From contig OX597823.1 of NCBI GenBank assembly GCA_951406725.2, positions 53,940,001 to 54,004,000 on the forward strand: a stretch of 64,000 bases of DNA, given 5' to 3'. The position numbers and the translations under genes are program-made. Origin of the DNA: Octopus vulgaris (Eukaryota). The number at the start of each line of letters is the position of its first letter. Position 1 is the stretch's first letter. Shown here one piece after another: positions 1-12,235 of this stretch. Below the pieces are notes generated by a model, which searched no databases, was not told the DNA's origin, and saw only the letters and a program-made list of their open reading frames with translations.

Positions 1-303
1 TTGATTACCGAACGAAACTCAGAGAAAACGGTATCCGGATTAAGATAAATAAAACGAAATACATTGAATTTTAAGTCGTGGGAAATTAGACAAGTATTGT
101 AAAGCCAAATGTGTAGGGTACATTCGATGCAACAAGATAGAATAGAAATCAATATCAAAACTTCTGAGAACCAAATGACAGATGTGCGGGGATTTCAAAA
201 CTGAAATAAATACAACTTTAGCACCATCTCTATTTGTTTCTGTTTTCAAAACGATTGTATAGTACATCAATTTTTAACCTGGGAATTATACCAATACACT
301 CAC

Positions 304-385
304 CGGTGACATAATTCGATATTTGAGGGTCAATATCTGGGAATAAAGACCCGAGAAGCTCAACACAACTAGTCGGGGCGGCCAT
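304..385 (-). CDS. ABCF3: ABCF3 (ABC-F ATPase, GCN20 orthologue) first coding exon; gene continues off the left edge
   Basis: ATG at 385-383 gives MAAPTSCVELLGSLFPDIDPQISNYVT(G), then a phase-1 GTGAG donor. Closely resembles the human ABCF3 N-terminus as recalled (MATCAEILRSEFPEIDGQVFDYVTG). Not in the ORF track. Confidence 0.85.
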
Positions 386-660
386 TTTAGAACTTTTTGT
401 ATTCTCATTAGTCGGTCTGCATTACTTGCCCTTGTCTTTCACATACTCTCAGCTGATGCTGCCAGCTCGGAGATAATGTCTCAGCCAAAATAACGACCCA
501 TTTAGGAATAGCAGAGCCTAGTTTGAAAAAATAAATTTTTCACAACCATCGGAGAGCTTCACGCTCCTCATGAACGCGAGTTCATGAGATAGTTGTGATC
601 TGTAAACAGTTTTGAGTAGAAACCGGAAAGAGAGGTATGAATACGCAACACGCAGCTATT
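378..660 (-). promoter_or_regulatory. CpG-enriched housekeeping promoter / 5' UTR of ABCF3 with a YY1-like motif over the start codon
   Basis: Local CpG enrichment against an AT-rich background. AAAATGGCCGCC (YY1-like) spans the ATG, CCGGAA (ETS-like) lies at about 623, and the dyad CTCATGAAC-GCGA-GTTCATGAG lies at about 567-588. Confidence 0.5.
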
Positions 661-2094
661 TAAAAAAATGCATCAAATTTTCTAAATGTGTGAGATTTTT
701 TAACCATAAACCTGATTTTTCAGTATTACAGTTCCTTTTTTTTACTTTCATTTTCTTTCAAAACACATGAGCAGAAAGAAGTGAACATTCACATTAATCT
801 AATGTACATCACAAAAAGTAGAAATACCCAGTTAATAGTTTAACAAATACCAAATAACAAAGATTTGCAGTGTTTCTATATGAATAAATGAAATGACAAC
901 TCAATTTTTACTTTTCTCAGTTTTAAAGAATCTATACTCCCTTCTAGATTTACCCAGTTTTAAACAAGTATATATTAAAAAAATGACAACAAAAGATTTA
1001 GAAAATTCCTTCAGAAGAGACAGCAATCAGAGGAAAAGGTGTAGTTTCAAATCCAGTGGAAAACAATATTGCCAGTTAATGGAGTAAATTCAAATGACAC
1101 TTTCTGGTCCAAATTCATTCTTACCCTATTGTCAAGATTCTATGGTTCAATGAAGACTTCAGAAAATTATATTTCCATGCAGACTGCTTTAACTCTGCTT
1201 TCATAAATACATAAGTATCTATATCTTGGGACGGTCATTTTGCCAGTAAACACATGCACTATCTTTTTGATCTTCTCTTTAGTTTTGTTATTATTATTTT
1301 ATCTGTCACACTTCTTTCATTACACATTCTGTGACCTCTTCAATGACTATTTGTTTTTTGTGTCACCTCTTCTCTCTGGTCTTGTCCTGTCTATTCCATC
1401 TTGTCTTTCTCAAGAACAGATTGTGTTGACCAAAATTGGAGAAAATATCATAATGTAAGGATATTAACAGAAAATTTATCATGAAAAATACATCATGCAC
1501 AACTATGTTTTCTTATCTCTTCCATTCCATGTTCTTCTGTTTTGATGTTTTAGAACAATTTGATATGTTTCAAGAAATACATTTAATGGATATTTAAAAG
1601 TAAAAATTAAAAACTATCTTTTAAATTTATTTGCCAGCAATTTATAAAGATAAGTATTTTTCATCTGAAATTTCTTAATTTTTTAAAATTGTAATTTTCA
1701 TTGAATTTTTACAAGTAATTAACAAATAATAATTAATTGTAAGTTATTCAGACATTAAAAAAAAAAAGAAAGAATCTTCTTTTATAAAACTGATATTCCT
1801 TTTATAAGCATCATCATCAACATCTCACCACCATCATTTTATGTACGTTTTCTGTGTAGGCATGGTTTGAAAAGCTCTGTTCCCGCTGAGTGTCTCTCAC
1901 TTACTATGGTCTCTCATCTGGCATGCAAAGCAACAAAGAAAATTTTTTTGTTATACATGTCAAGTTTTCGGGTGTTTTTTTTTTATGACTGATTACTCCT
2001 CTTGCCAGCTACAATTTTACAGCATAGGCTGGGTCCATTTTATCATACCAACAACACAAGGAAGGTTTTTCTATAGCTTGAACCACCTGCACAA

Positions 2095-2255
2095 ACCAGG
2101 TGTAGATGAAAGGCTTGTGCAGATAATTTAAGCTATGTACAAGGATGCTGTAAGTAAAGCTAGAGTTGGCAATGACTTCAGTGATGAATCCAGTGTGGAG
2201 TTAAGAGACCGTCAAGTTTCAGTCCTCAGCCTTCTCCTATTGATCATAGTCCTCT
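2095..2255 (+). mobile_element. RTE-clade LINE reverse transcriptase fragment (decayed)
   Basis: Translates with stops as ...AMYKDAVSKARVGNDFSDESSVELRDRQVSVLSLLLLIIVL, a decayed version of the RT QGSVLSP motif region. Confidence 0.6.
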
Positions 2256-2599
2256 AAAGCTCTCTTTTTCCATGCTCCTAGTTACACCATAATATATAGT
2301 TTCCAAGCTTGAAAACTCCAATGATCATTCCAGCTCTACAAGAAAACAGATCTCAACAATGTCTCTTCTATTACCCTCAAATTGTACACTCTAAAAAACT
2401 AGCCTCTATTTTTGCCAAATGTTTTATTTTCTCTCTCTGTTCCAATCTTTGAAACTTACTCTTGTATTTATCTCCAAGTTCACTTTATTTATACAAATTC
2501 ACTTCCAATATCTCAAAAGTAATGGCAACTGTTGTCAGTAATCACCTCCTCCAATGGCTTCAGTGCTTGTTATTATCTCTGTAATCATCAGATACTTTC

Positions 2600-3190
2600 T
2601 ACAGAGCTCTTTCTCTCAGATTGAAAGAAATTGCAGATAACACTACTTTTCAAAAAAAAATCATGGCTGTGTGCCAGAGCTTGTGTTTCAGATAGTGATT
2701 TGCTTGCCCAAATCTTGCAGTTATCTGACCAACATTTTTTCTGCTCACTTCTTTTCTCTTCCACAATTCCTTGGAAAACGGACTTTGTAAGGTTACTAGG
2801 TTTTGCTACAGACCATATCATCTCAGTTTTCTTTACCATTGTGAGGTCTCCTTGGGACCATATATTACATTGCCAAAACTTGGATTCCTCTTTAGATACC
2901 AGGAATTACTCCAGTCTAGTTAGTCACAAACTTTAGACAAAGCCCAAGTAAGACCAGTCTTGGAGTTCTTACAACCATATGATGGTGAGACTAACATTGT
3001 AGACTAAAAACAAAGGCCATTCAGCAAGTTGGCAAAGACTCAATCACTGACAAGCTTCAATTACAAGCTCACAGATATATTGTCTTCTCTTTGTCACCTC
3101 GTCTGTTTTACTTACACAGTTCTACAGAAGTTCAGACTGAATATTAACCACTTCAATCTCACCAGAATCAGAGAGCCTGCAAAGGTTATG
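2600..3190 (-). mobile_element. RTE/BovB-like LINE 3' fragment
   Basis: ORF 2588-2839 (LTKSVFQGIVEEKR..KKCWSDNCKIW..SLSETQALAH) resembles the RTE ORF2 C-terminus. Confidence 0.6.
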
Positions 3191-4544
3191 GCCACTGTTT
3201 CTCCTTTATGAAGAGTTGACAAAGGGTTATAACTTGTGGTGAAAAACAAGGGTTGGTAAACAAGATGAGCATTAGGCCACAGAATACTGCCTCAATAAGT
3301 CTCATCAAACCTAAAACAACACTGGAAAACTAAGTATAAAAATGACAATAATGATAATGACATTCCATATCCTCTTCAGACTGCTGAAATCATCATCGTC
3401 ATTATCAACAGTGCTAGTGGATATTAGTATAACTTTGAAAATAATGTCAGTAGCTTAGAATAATTTTCCATATGGATAACCAAGAGCAGAAGAAAAAAAG
3501 AAAACCATAAAGATTCTGTCATGTTTATTTATAGAAAATTATTTTAAAAACTGTATCACATGCTCTTGAGTGTATGGAACTGATTGGGGATTTTCTGGTT
3601 AAGAATCACTCTAAGAAACTTTGTATCATACCATGGGTTTTCCTCTGCTTCAATGGAAACACATTTATTGAATTTATGATTTTTTTTTTAATTTTCCAAT
3701 CTAATCAAAGTATAAGTAATGATATTATCAAAGTATGAATGGTAGAAAATTTAGTTTCAGTAGTAAAACTTTTCAATATTGTTCATATCAGCAGAATCCA
3801 TTTGGACAAACACATATAAATTCAGAAAAGAACACTTCAGTTTGGATTGGTATGTATAAAGTGAAGGGGAAATAGGTCATATCTGTTAGAATATGGATAT
3901 TTAAGCTGGTTTTTAATCAGTCAATATAACAAAAGATTCCCTAAGGTATACCAGTTCAACTAATCAGAACAGGTGTTAATCACAACTTTAATCTGACTTC
4001 GACCATATACTAGTGATATATTTACAGAATATTCTAAAATTGAAAAATAATAGTAAGAGAATTTTCTTATAAAATTGAGTCAGTAACTGGTCTGAACACA
4101 TATGCAGATCGTGATATAAACGAGTTGTGAATATCTTTTACTTTTCAGACAATGTATTGAGGATCACATTATCCAGAGACTCTTTCCTTTTTTAAAGATG
4201 GGTATTTATCTGCTATTTCTAGTCAACTGAGTAACTACCAAGCAGTTTTACCACTGGCCTGAAGTAATATCAGTTTCTTATCTGGGTACAAAAGCCAATT
4301 TAGGTCAATGTGAGATATTCTACATCACCAGTAGACATGATATTGACTTGCAGCAGATTTAGAATTTTCAAGAGTAGAATGAAACTAAATATAGAAATTA
4401 CTTTAGTTTGTTGCTTTGTTCTCTTAAGCACATTTAATACCCATTTTAATAAAGTAATAGCAATGTTATTACAGAATCTGCAATAAGCTGTTATATCATA
4501 ATCATCAAGATGAGATCAATAGAATGACCGGAGATGCCAAGATA

Positions 4545-5082
4545 TTGGGTTGTCCGGAAAGTTTGTGCCGATTTATAGTAGCTTACCTTTCGACTTATTT
4601 TAGAACATGGTTGAGTCCATAAAATAGGATTTGACTACACCTCCGTTTAGAGCAAAGTTTAAGCTATCTTTTCAGGGAAGAAGGTTTATGGTCCTATAAC
4701 CTGTGTTAATTTTGTAACCCTTTAAAATGGAAGATAAGAAAGTTCATTTTCAGCACTTGATGTTTGGGAACCAGACAAAAATTGGGATGTGTTACCCCAC
4801 CCTCCATATTCACCAGATATTGCTCCTTCGAATTTCCACTTATTCAGGTCTTAATGGTAAAAATTTTAATTCTTTGGATGACATAAAAAGATACCTTGAT
4901 GAATTCTTTGCCATGAAACCACCTTAATTCTGGCAAGAGGGTATTTTCAAGTCAAAGGAAAGATGGAGACGCATTGTGCAACAAAATGGTTCATATTTGG
5001 TTGATTAAAAATGTAATGGCAAGTATTTATTGACCTTTTTTCTTTCCTTTAAAAATCGGCATGAACTTTCCGGACAACCCAA
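4545..5082 (+). mobile_element. Internally deleted mariner transposon
   Basis: About 30-bp TIRs (TTGGGTTGTCCGGAAAGTTTGTGCCGATTT) and TA TSDs at 4543-44 and 5083-84. The N-terminal MEDKKVHF segment is joined to the HPPYSPDIAPS...KERW catalytic C-terminus. Confidence 0.9.
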
Positions 5083-5094
5083 TAGTATTTAAAT

Positions 5095-6110
5095 GGGTAT
5101 GAGGTAAGAAGTTTACTTCGCAACTATTTGGATCCAGGCTCAGTCCCACTGCATAGCATCTTGGGCAAGTGTCTTCTGCAATAGTTCCAGGCCAACCAAA
5201 GCCTTATGGGAGTGGATTTAGTAGAGAGAAACCAAAAGATGTGTGTGTGTCATTGTAGCTATGCTTGTCCTCCACCACCACCACCTGACAACCAGTGTTA
5301 GTGTGTACACATTCCTGTAACTTAGCAGTTTGGCAAAAGAGACCAATAAGTACCAGACTTCAAAAAATAATAATAATAATAATAATAAGCGCTGAGATTG
5401 ATTCGTTCAACTAAAGTTCCTCAAGGCAGTGCCCTAGCATGGCCACAGTCTAATGACTGAAACAAATAAAAGATAATGGAACTAAAGCCTTGGACAGTCA
5501 GTACTCCTATTCTTGGACAGAAAGCAAGTATTTTGCAAGGTAAACTTCAACTGCTGTTGGTCTTCATTTTCAGCCGAATGGAAGGAGTAAACTGGAGTGT
5601 CTCACCCAAAGACACAACATACAGCTGAGATTGGAATGAAACTTAATACCAGACAATCTGAAGCCCAACACCTGAACCATTAGGCACACACACACATAAC
5701 AAAAGTGCAAACAAATGCTGAAGTAGAATATTTTTATACACATACAGGCTCAGGTAACTGTATGGTAAGAAGCTTGCTTCCCAAACACATAGTTCTAGGT
5801 TCAGTCCCACTGCATGGTACCTTGGGCAAGTGTCTTCTACTAAGACCTTGGGCCAACCAAAGCCTTGTGAGTGGATTTCGTAGATGGAAACTGAAAGAAG
5901 CCCATTGTGTGTGTGTGCATGTATCTTTTTTTGTTTCCTCATCACTGCTTGACAACCAGAGTTGGTGTTTTTACTTTCCTGTAACTTAGTGGTTTGGTAA
6001 AAGAGATTGATAAAATAAGTACCAGGCTTTAAAAAAAGGTACTGGGGTTGATTCATTCAACTAAAATTCTTCAAGATGGCACCACAGTCTAATGACAAAC
6101 AAATAAAAGA
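5095..6110 (+). mobile_element. Two diverged copies of the abundant tRNA-derived SINE (about 5095-5475 and about 5745-6110)
   Basis: B-box-like GGTTCAGTCCC, CTTGGGCAAGTGTCTTCT body, internal (TG)n and ...TGACTGAAACAAATAAAAG tail, as in many other copies in the window. Confidence 0.75.
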
Positions 6111-7424
6111 TAATTTTTATATATATTAGTGACAGAGGCAGTCTTAATACCAAATGGTAATATTTATTCCCACTATAGATGTTCCTTTAGAACAGACTGT
6201 GGTAGATAACATGAGAGAAACCCTTATATAGGCTTTTGGTGCAAAATGCCCGCTTGTTTTATATTGCTAGCAGGGAGATAAATCCCTCACCTGCTCCAGT
6301 ACTGAGACCACCAGATCACATGATTTCAACCTTCCTTAATCTCATTAGTGATGGATGCTTGACTGCTAGAGATAACAGCAATTCACCTCCTCCCCACCAA
6401 TGATATATAGAAAATCAGTGCCCGAACAGCCAGTGAGCTTGTTAAAAAATAAATACTAATGACGGAGGTAGTATAATACCAAGAGGTAATATTTATGCCC
6501 GCTTAAAAGTGGATGTTCTGTTAGAACAAACTTTACTGTAGCAGATACTCTGAAACTCCCATATAGGCTTTTGGTATAAAATGCACTCGTTTATATTGCC
6601 AGCAGGGAGATAAATTCCCACCAGCTTCAGTGCGGGGATCATCAGGTCACATGATTTTGACCTTCTTTGGTCTCATCTGTATTAAAAATAAACACCCAAA
6701 ATTTCTTTATATTTAAATTTACTGCTCGCTACTAACTACTACGAGTTACTCCCGCAATTTGTCCAGGCTTCTGAAAGCTTGATTTAAGACAGAGATCAGC
6801 TGAAATGCTTTTGATAATGGGCCTGGTTGATATCACTGATTGGAACTACCCAACAATGCTATACTAAGTCAAATGCAATGTGAGTAGTTTAAACCTTAAG
6901 GACTTAAACTGTCAATATCAAGTCCAAATATTACCACTTGTATTATGTCAAACTGGTCACATTCAGCTTCTCACACCTACAATATCATTCTAAAAATAAA
7001 TAATCAGGTTAAAATCTAAAAGCCATAAGACAATGCATATTTAATTCAAAACAATGTAAATAAGTATTACATTTGATAAAGTAATTGGAACGCTAATGGG
7101 TTACACAACTGTACTCAACCACTGTTATTCTATGTTAACTAATCTTTTTATTTTTTACCATATGTTCTTATTTTTGATATTTATCTTATCTACCCTATAT
7201 TTTTTTTCATGACCATTAAATTCACTGCAAACATTTTTGCTGTGGGAAAATTTTCCATAAGAAATGTCACCATAAAGGAGGCATACAAGCAGACTATAAA
7301 CTAGATAACTTATTTTGAAAAAATTACCTTTCTCTATTGGTAGGTTAGTTCATGAAGTTGCCATTTTAAGAATACAGCTAACCCCGCCCTCTTTTTTCAA
7401 AGTGAATTTTCTAATGGCAAAAAT

Positions 7425-7745
7425 GTTGTTGCTTTACTGGCACTTGAAAAAACATTTGAGCGAGGTCGTTGCCAGTGCCACTGGACTGGCTCCTGTGCAG
7501 GTGGCACGTAAAAAACACCATCTGAGCGTGGCCGTTGCCAGTACCACCTGACTGACCCTTGTGCCAGTGGCACATAGAAGTACCCACTACACTCTCGGAG
7601 TGGTTGGTGTTAGGAAGGGCATCCAGCTGTAGAAACTGCCAGATCAAGATTGGAGCCTGGTGCAGCCATCTGGTCTGCCAGTCCTCAGTCAAATCGTCTA
7701 ACCCATGCTAGCATGGAAAGTAGACGTTAAACGATGATGATGATG
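7425..7745 (+). mobile_element. SINE/retroposon with (GAT)n tail; related copies at about 22070-22325, 33088-33400 (-), 47203-47435 (-) and 54790-55081
   Basis: Shared GGAGTGGTTGGYGTTAGGAAGGGCATCCAGCTGTAGAAAC ... CCATGCTAGCATGGAAA..GACGTTAAACGATGATGAT. Confidence 0.8.
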
Positions 7746-9080
7746 TTTATGGTAGTGGCTCAACTACATGATTCGAGGTTCAATCCCACTGCTTGGCACC
7801 TCAGGCAAGTGTCTTTTACTATAGCTTCTGGCTGACAAAAGCCTTGTGAATGGATCTGGTAGACAGAAACTGAGAGAAGCCTGCCATATGTGTATATATA
7901 CCTTGTTCTTCTCTCTGGTTAGGTAACCAAATATCTCCTCTATAGCAAGACACCTATTTCTGCCTCTCTGTCACATTCTAAATTTTCATCATCCAACACA
8001 GGGTCACCTTTTCCAATGCCCCCTCCCCTCTATTTGATGACTCTGCCAGTGCTGGTGCCACATAGAAAGCATCGAGTACACACTGAAGTGGTTGGCATTT
8101 GGAAGGGCATCCAGCTGTAAAACCAATGCCAAAACTGACCTTGCCTGTGCTGGTGCCATGTAAAAAGCACTTGCTCAACTCTATGGAGTGGTTGGTGTTA
8201 GGGAGGGAATCCAGTCATAAAAACCCTGCCAAAACAGACACAGAAGTCTGGTGCAGGCACCTGCCTGGCTAGCTCCTGTCAAACCATCCAACCCATGCTT
8301 GCATGGAAGACAGGCATTAAATGATGATATATATCTCTGTTTGTCCCCTACCATTACTTGACAACCAGCGTTAGTGTTTATGTCCCCATAACTTAGTGGC
8401 TTGGCGAAAGAGCAGACTTTAAAAAATTAAGTCCTGGGGTAGTTTCATTCAACTAAAAATTCTTCAAGGCGATGCTACTGTCTAAATTACGTAAACGATA
8501 AAATGATAACCATTTTTTTTTTTCACTCAAAACATGTAATTTAGAAAAGGAAACAAGACAAAGAAATATATTTTTTAAAATATTTTTATGACGAAATAAG
8601 TGAAATTTAAATGAATTCAGTATTTTTGAGATGAAATCACATTGTGTTATTTATGTTCAGACAATTCGGCAAATCTTATATCACATTTCAACTGAAGGAG
8701 ATGAAAAAAAGAAAAAAATCAGCTGAAATGGAAAAAATATGGGGGACCATGTACATTGTTTTACCTTTATTCTGTTTGTACAAAATCATAAAAACTGCTT
8801 AATCCACACTTGTATTAGAAGTGTATAGAGTCAGATTACATAAGAAATAAGAATAACACAAAAGAATGAGAAATATGTCATGAACTTTACTACATTACAG
8901 CTTCAATGCTTGTGTGTCAAACTATAGCTTCATCAGAGCTTCAAAGGGTGATACACAAGCATTTAACTATGAGTGGATTGCATCTTACAGCAGAAACAGC
9001 CATAAGCTGATGAAGTTCATGACAGAATTTCTTATTCTTTTGTGTCATTCTAATATATATATAATATATACATACATACA

Positions 9081-9949
9081 CAGGGTGTGGTGAATAAACT
9101 GTCGTCTAAATTATGCAAAAATGAAAATAACACTAACATCTCATTGTAACAGATATATTTACCAAAATTACATAAAAATATCTTGAAATACTGAAGAGTA
9201 AATTTATTCAATAAAATCGCCATTGGCTTCAACCACAGCCTTCAGACGACTTTGGAATTTCCTGCAACTCTTCTGGACGGTCTCCTTGTTTAAGTTGGTG
9301 AATGCTGCCATAATCCTTGCCTTCAGTTCATCTTGGAGTTACAAGGAGTTTTGTTGGTCTCTCGTTCAACTGCACTCCACACATAATTAAGGGGATGCAG
9401 TCTGGAAAGTTAGGTGGTCAGATGTTAAGGGTGATGTGGTTGCAGAAAGTGTCTGAGTCATGACTGGCTTCTCCTGCTTGTGTGGCATGGTGCAGAGTCC
9501 TGTTGCCAAACATATCGTCTTCCAACAGTCAACCTCTTAATCCAGGGCAACACTACCTCCTCCAGGCATTTGATGTAGGCCTCAGTGTTGAGCCTGAGGA
9601 CATGTGGAAAGACAAATGGAGGTAATAAAGTCGCCATCACTACTAATCACTCCAAATGCCATGATGTTGACTGAATGTCTGATTTTTATCGCTCTCAGTA
9701 CATGTCCTCAGATTGACACCCAAACACTCTGAAATGTTCATATTGGAGCTTCCTGTGCAAAAGCCAAGCAGTACAGCATGTCGTTTCCAAATTTCTGGCA
9801 GAGTGAATTGCATCATAGTGCTGTTTTTCTCACAGACAGTGCCCAATTGACCCTACTATACTGTGTAGTTGACAAAATAAAAAAAATAAAAAATGCACAT
9901 GCACGAAATTAAAAATATAAAATGACGACAATTTACCCATCACACCCTG
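9081..9949 (-). mobile_element. Tc1/mariner-superfamily transposon remnant
   Basis: Imperfect TIRs CAGGGTGTG...CACACCCTG in a TA-rich context. ORF 9458-9640 has YIKCLEEVVLPW..YVWQQDSAPCHTS, the second catalytic Asp motif. Confidence 0.85.
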
Positions 9950-9959
9950 TATGTATGAG

Positions 9960-9999
<40 letters not shown>

Positions 10000-10094
10000 T
10001 ACATACATATATATAATTTTGCTTCGGCATAGTGACCAATATACATACACTTCAGAACAAGCATCAATAGCATACAGAGCAGAAATAAGAAATT

Positions 10095-10330
10095 ACAATC
10101 AAAGGAATAAGAAATTATGTCATGAATTTCATTAGCTTACAACTGTTTCTGCTATAAGATGTAATCCACTCATAGTTGAATGCTTGTGTGTCAACCTATA
10201 CAGCTTCATCAGAGCTTCAAAGGGTCATACACATGCATTCAACTATGAGTGGATTACTTCTTGTAGCAGGAAAAGAGCTGTAAGCTAATGAAATTCAAGA
10301 CATAATTTCTCATTCTTTTGTCATTCTAAT
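10095..10330. mobile_element. Fold-back (palindromic) Penelope-type small element with a hammerhead-like core; sister copies at about 8845-9052 and 26715-26815 (partial)
   Basis: About 90-bp imperfect inverted arms. The minus strand reads AGCT-CTGATGA-AGC...GCA-GAAA-CAGTTG-TA-AGCT. Adjacent to (TA)n. Confidence 0.55.
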
Positions 10331-12101
10331 TACTTATATATATATATGTGTGTGTATGTATGTATGTATATGTATATAAGTAAATATTTAAGTGTGGGGT
10401 ATGTTTCTAATAGTAAGCCGATGAAGCAAATTCACTGCTTATGGCTACCTGACATCATTCACGGTATTTACACAATTGTCGCTGGATCTACCTCGGGAAT
10501 TCCTCAGTGAGTATATAATAAATGATAGAGATGGTAAATGGAATATACAAGTAACTTTATTGCTAACAACGATCATTTCAACTCATCTTGCATCGATCTC
10601 TTGCAGGAGGGAAACTGTGCAACTGGTTGTGGAGCATCCCTCAGTGCAGAGGCATCTCATTAGGGGTTATAAGGGGTATCTCATTAAATAAACTCTGTTT
10701 TGCTCAGTTTTAAATCTAGCATGTTGTTAGTGACTGTATGTTTAAGCTGTTGGGCAGCAATGGCAAAGAACAGATTCCATTGTGACCTTAGAGACAAAGA
10801 CAGGGAGTAATTAAGAAAAATAAAACACACAAAGTAAAACATTATGTGCATCAGTACCCAAATATAGTTACTTCCAGACCCACACTTGCAATCGTGTATA
10901 CACACACACATATATACTCTCTATCATATGCATAGTTAAGTAGATGCTATTAAACTCTTTGATAAATGTCCTACCCATTCTTGTATCCCACTGTGATCCA
11001 AGGCATCGGTAGTTCAGGTTGACTAGGTCGGGAGTTTTAGTTGGCCGTAAATCTTTTAGTGACTATGGTACTCATAGTCACTAAATATCACAACATGCAC
11101 TTAGATGTGCATATACACAAAAATGTATATCATTATCGTTTAACGTCCACCTTGCATACAAGTATGGGTTGGATGACTTGACAGGAGCCGACCAAGCAGA
11201 AGGCTACTGTGTCTGTTTTGGCCGGGGTTTTACGGCTTAATGACCTTCCTAACACCAACCACATGAGTGATTTTTATGTAAGATCAGTTTTGGCATAAGT
11301 TTTGCAGCTGGATGCCCTTCCAAACACCAACTACTTTACAGCAGGGTACACCAAGTAACTTAAAAAAAGAAAGGAAATTTGAGAGGAGAAGGGAATTGGA
11401 GGAGGGGATCATATGTCAGATGATGAAAGGTTAGAGTAAGACAAAGACAGAAAAAGGTGTCTTGCTATAGAGGAAGTACATGATTGCTCAACAGAGAGAG
11501 GGAGAAAAAAAGAGAGGAATATATATGTGCGTATGTGCAAAACAGAGTTTATTTAATGAGATATCCTCTATAACATCACCTGACAAGATGCGTCTGCACC
11601 AAGGATGCACCACGACCAGCTGTACAGTATCCCACCCATTAAGGATCGATATAGGATGGGTTGAATGAATTTTTGTGAGTTTCTCATACATTCCATTTTT
11701 CGACTATCATTTGTTTTATATACACACTTATACATACATATATATATTCAAGAGAAAACCAGGCTTGGTTTATCGGCTAGTAATCAGATACAAGCAACTC
11801 AGTGTACTGGAAATTGGAGTTCTTCAGTTATAAAAAGAATACTCCACATTTGTATTGTGTCCTGTACAATATCACTTCTGGTGAATCAACAGATACACAC
11901 ACACGCGCACACACACACACACACACATACATACATGCATATATGTACATAAAAATATATACATATATCATAAAATATATATACATATATCATAATATAT
12001 ATACATATATCATAATACCTTCAAATAAACATAAATATGTACATATTATAAATAAAATTTCTTTACAGCAAATAATAACCTTTAACTCCTTGACAACTAT
12101 T

Positions 12102-12235
12102 TCATACAATGTGATAGACTTGCTCATATATTGTCTCTAACAAAAATAAGAAATTATCATCTTGTTGGAGATGAAGCAATTCCTCAGAAGCAATCAGGTG
12201 AGTTTTGTCTGGCAGTAGTTCTTTAATATCACCAT
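12102..12235 (-). CDS. NUP133: NUP133 terminal coding exon 31/31
   Basis: [43 protein letters not shown], resembling the Nup133 C-terminus; TGA at 12104-12102. Confidence 0.93.

Noticed and set aside
5643-6056. ORFs of 60-140 aa overlapping SINEs (for example [13 protein letters not shown] and FLQLDALPN peptides, recurring throughout)
   Set aside because: They are translations of SINE consensus sequence, not genes.
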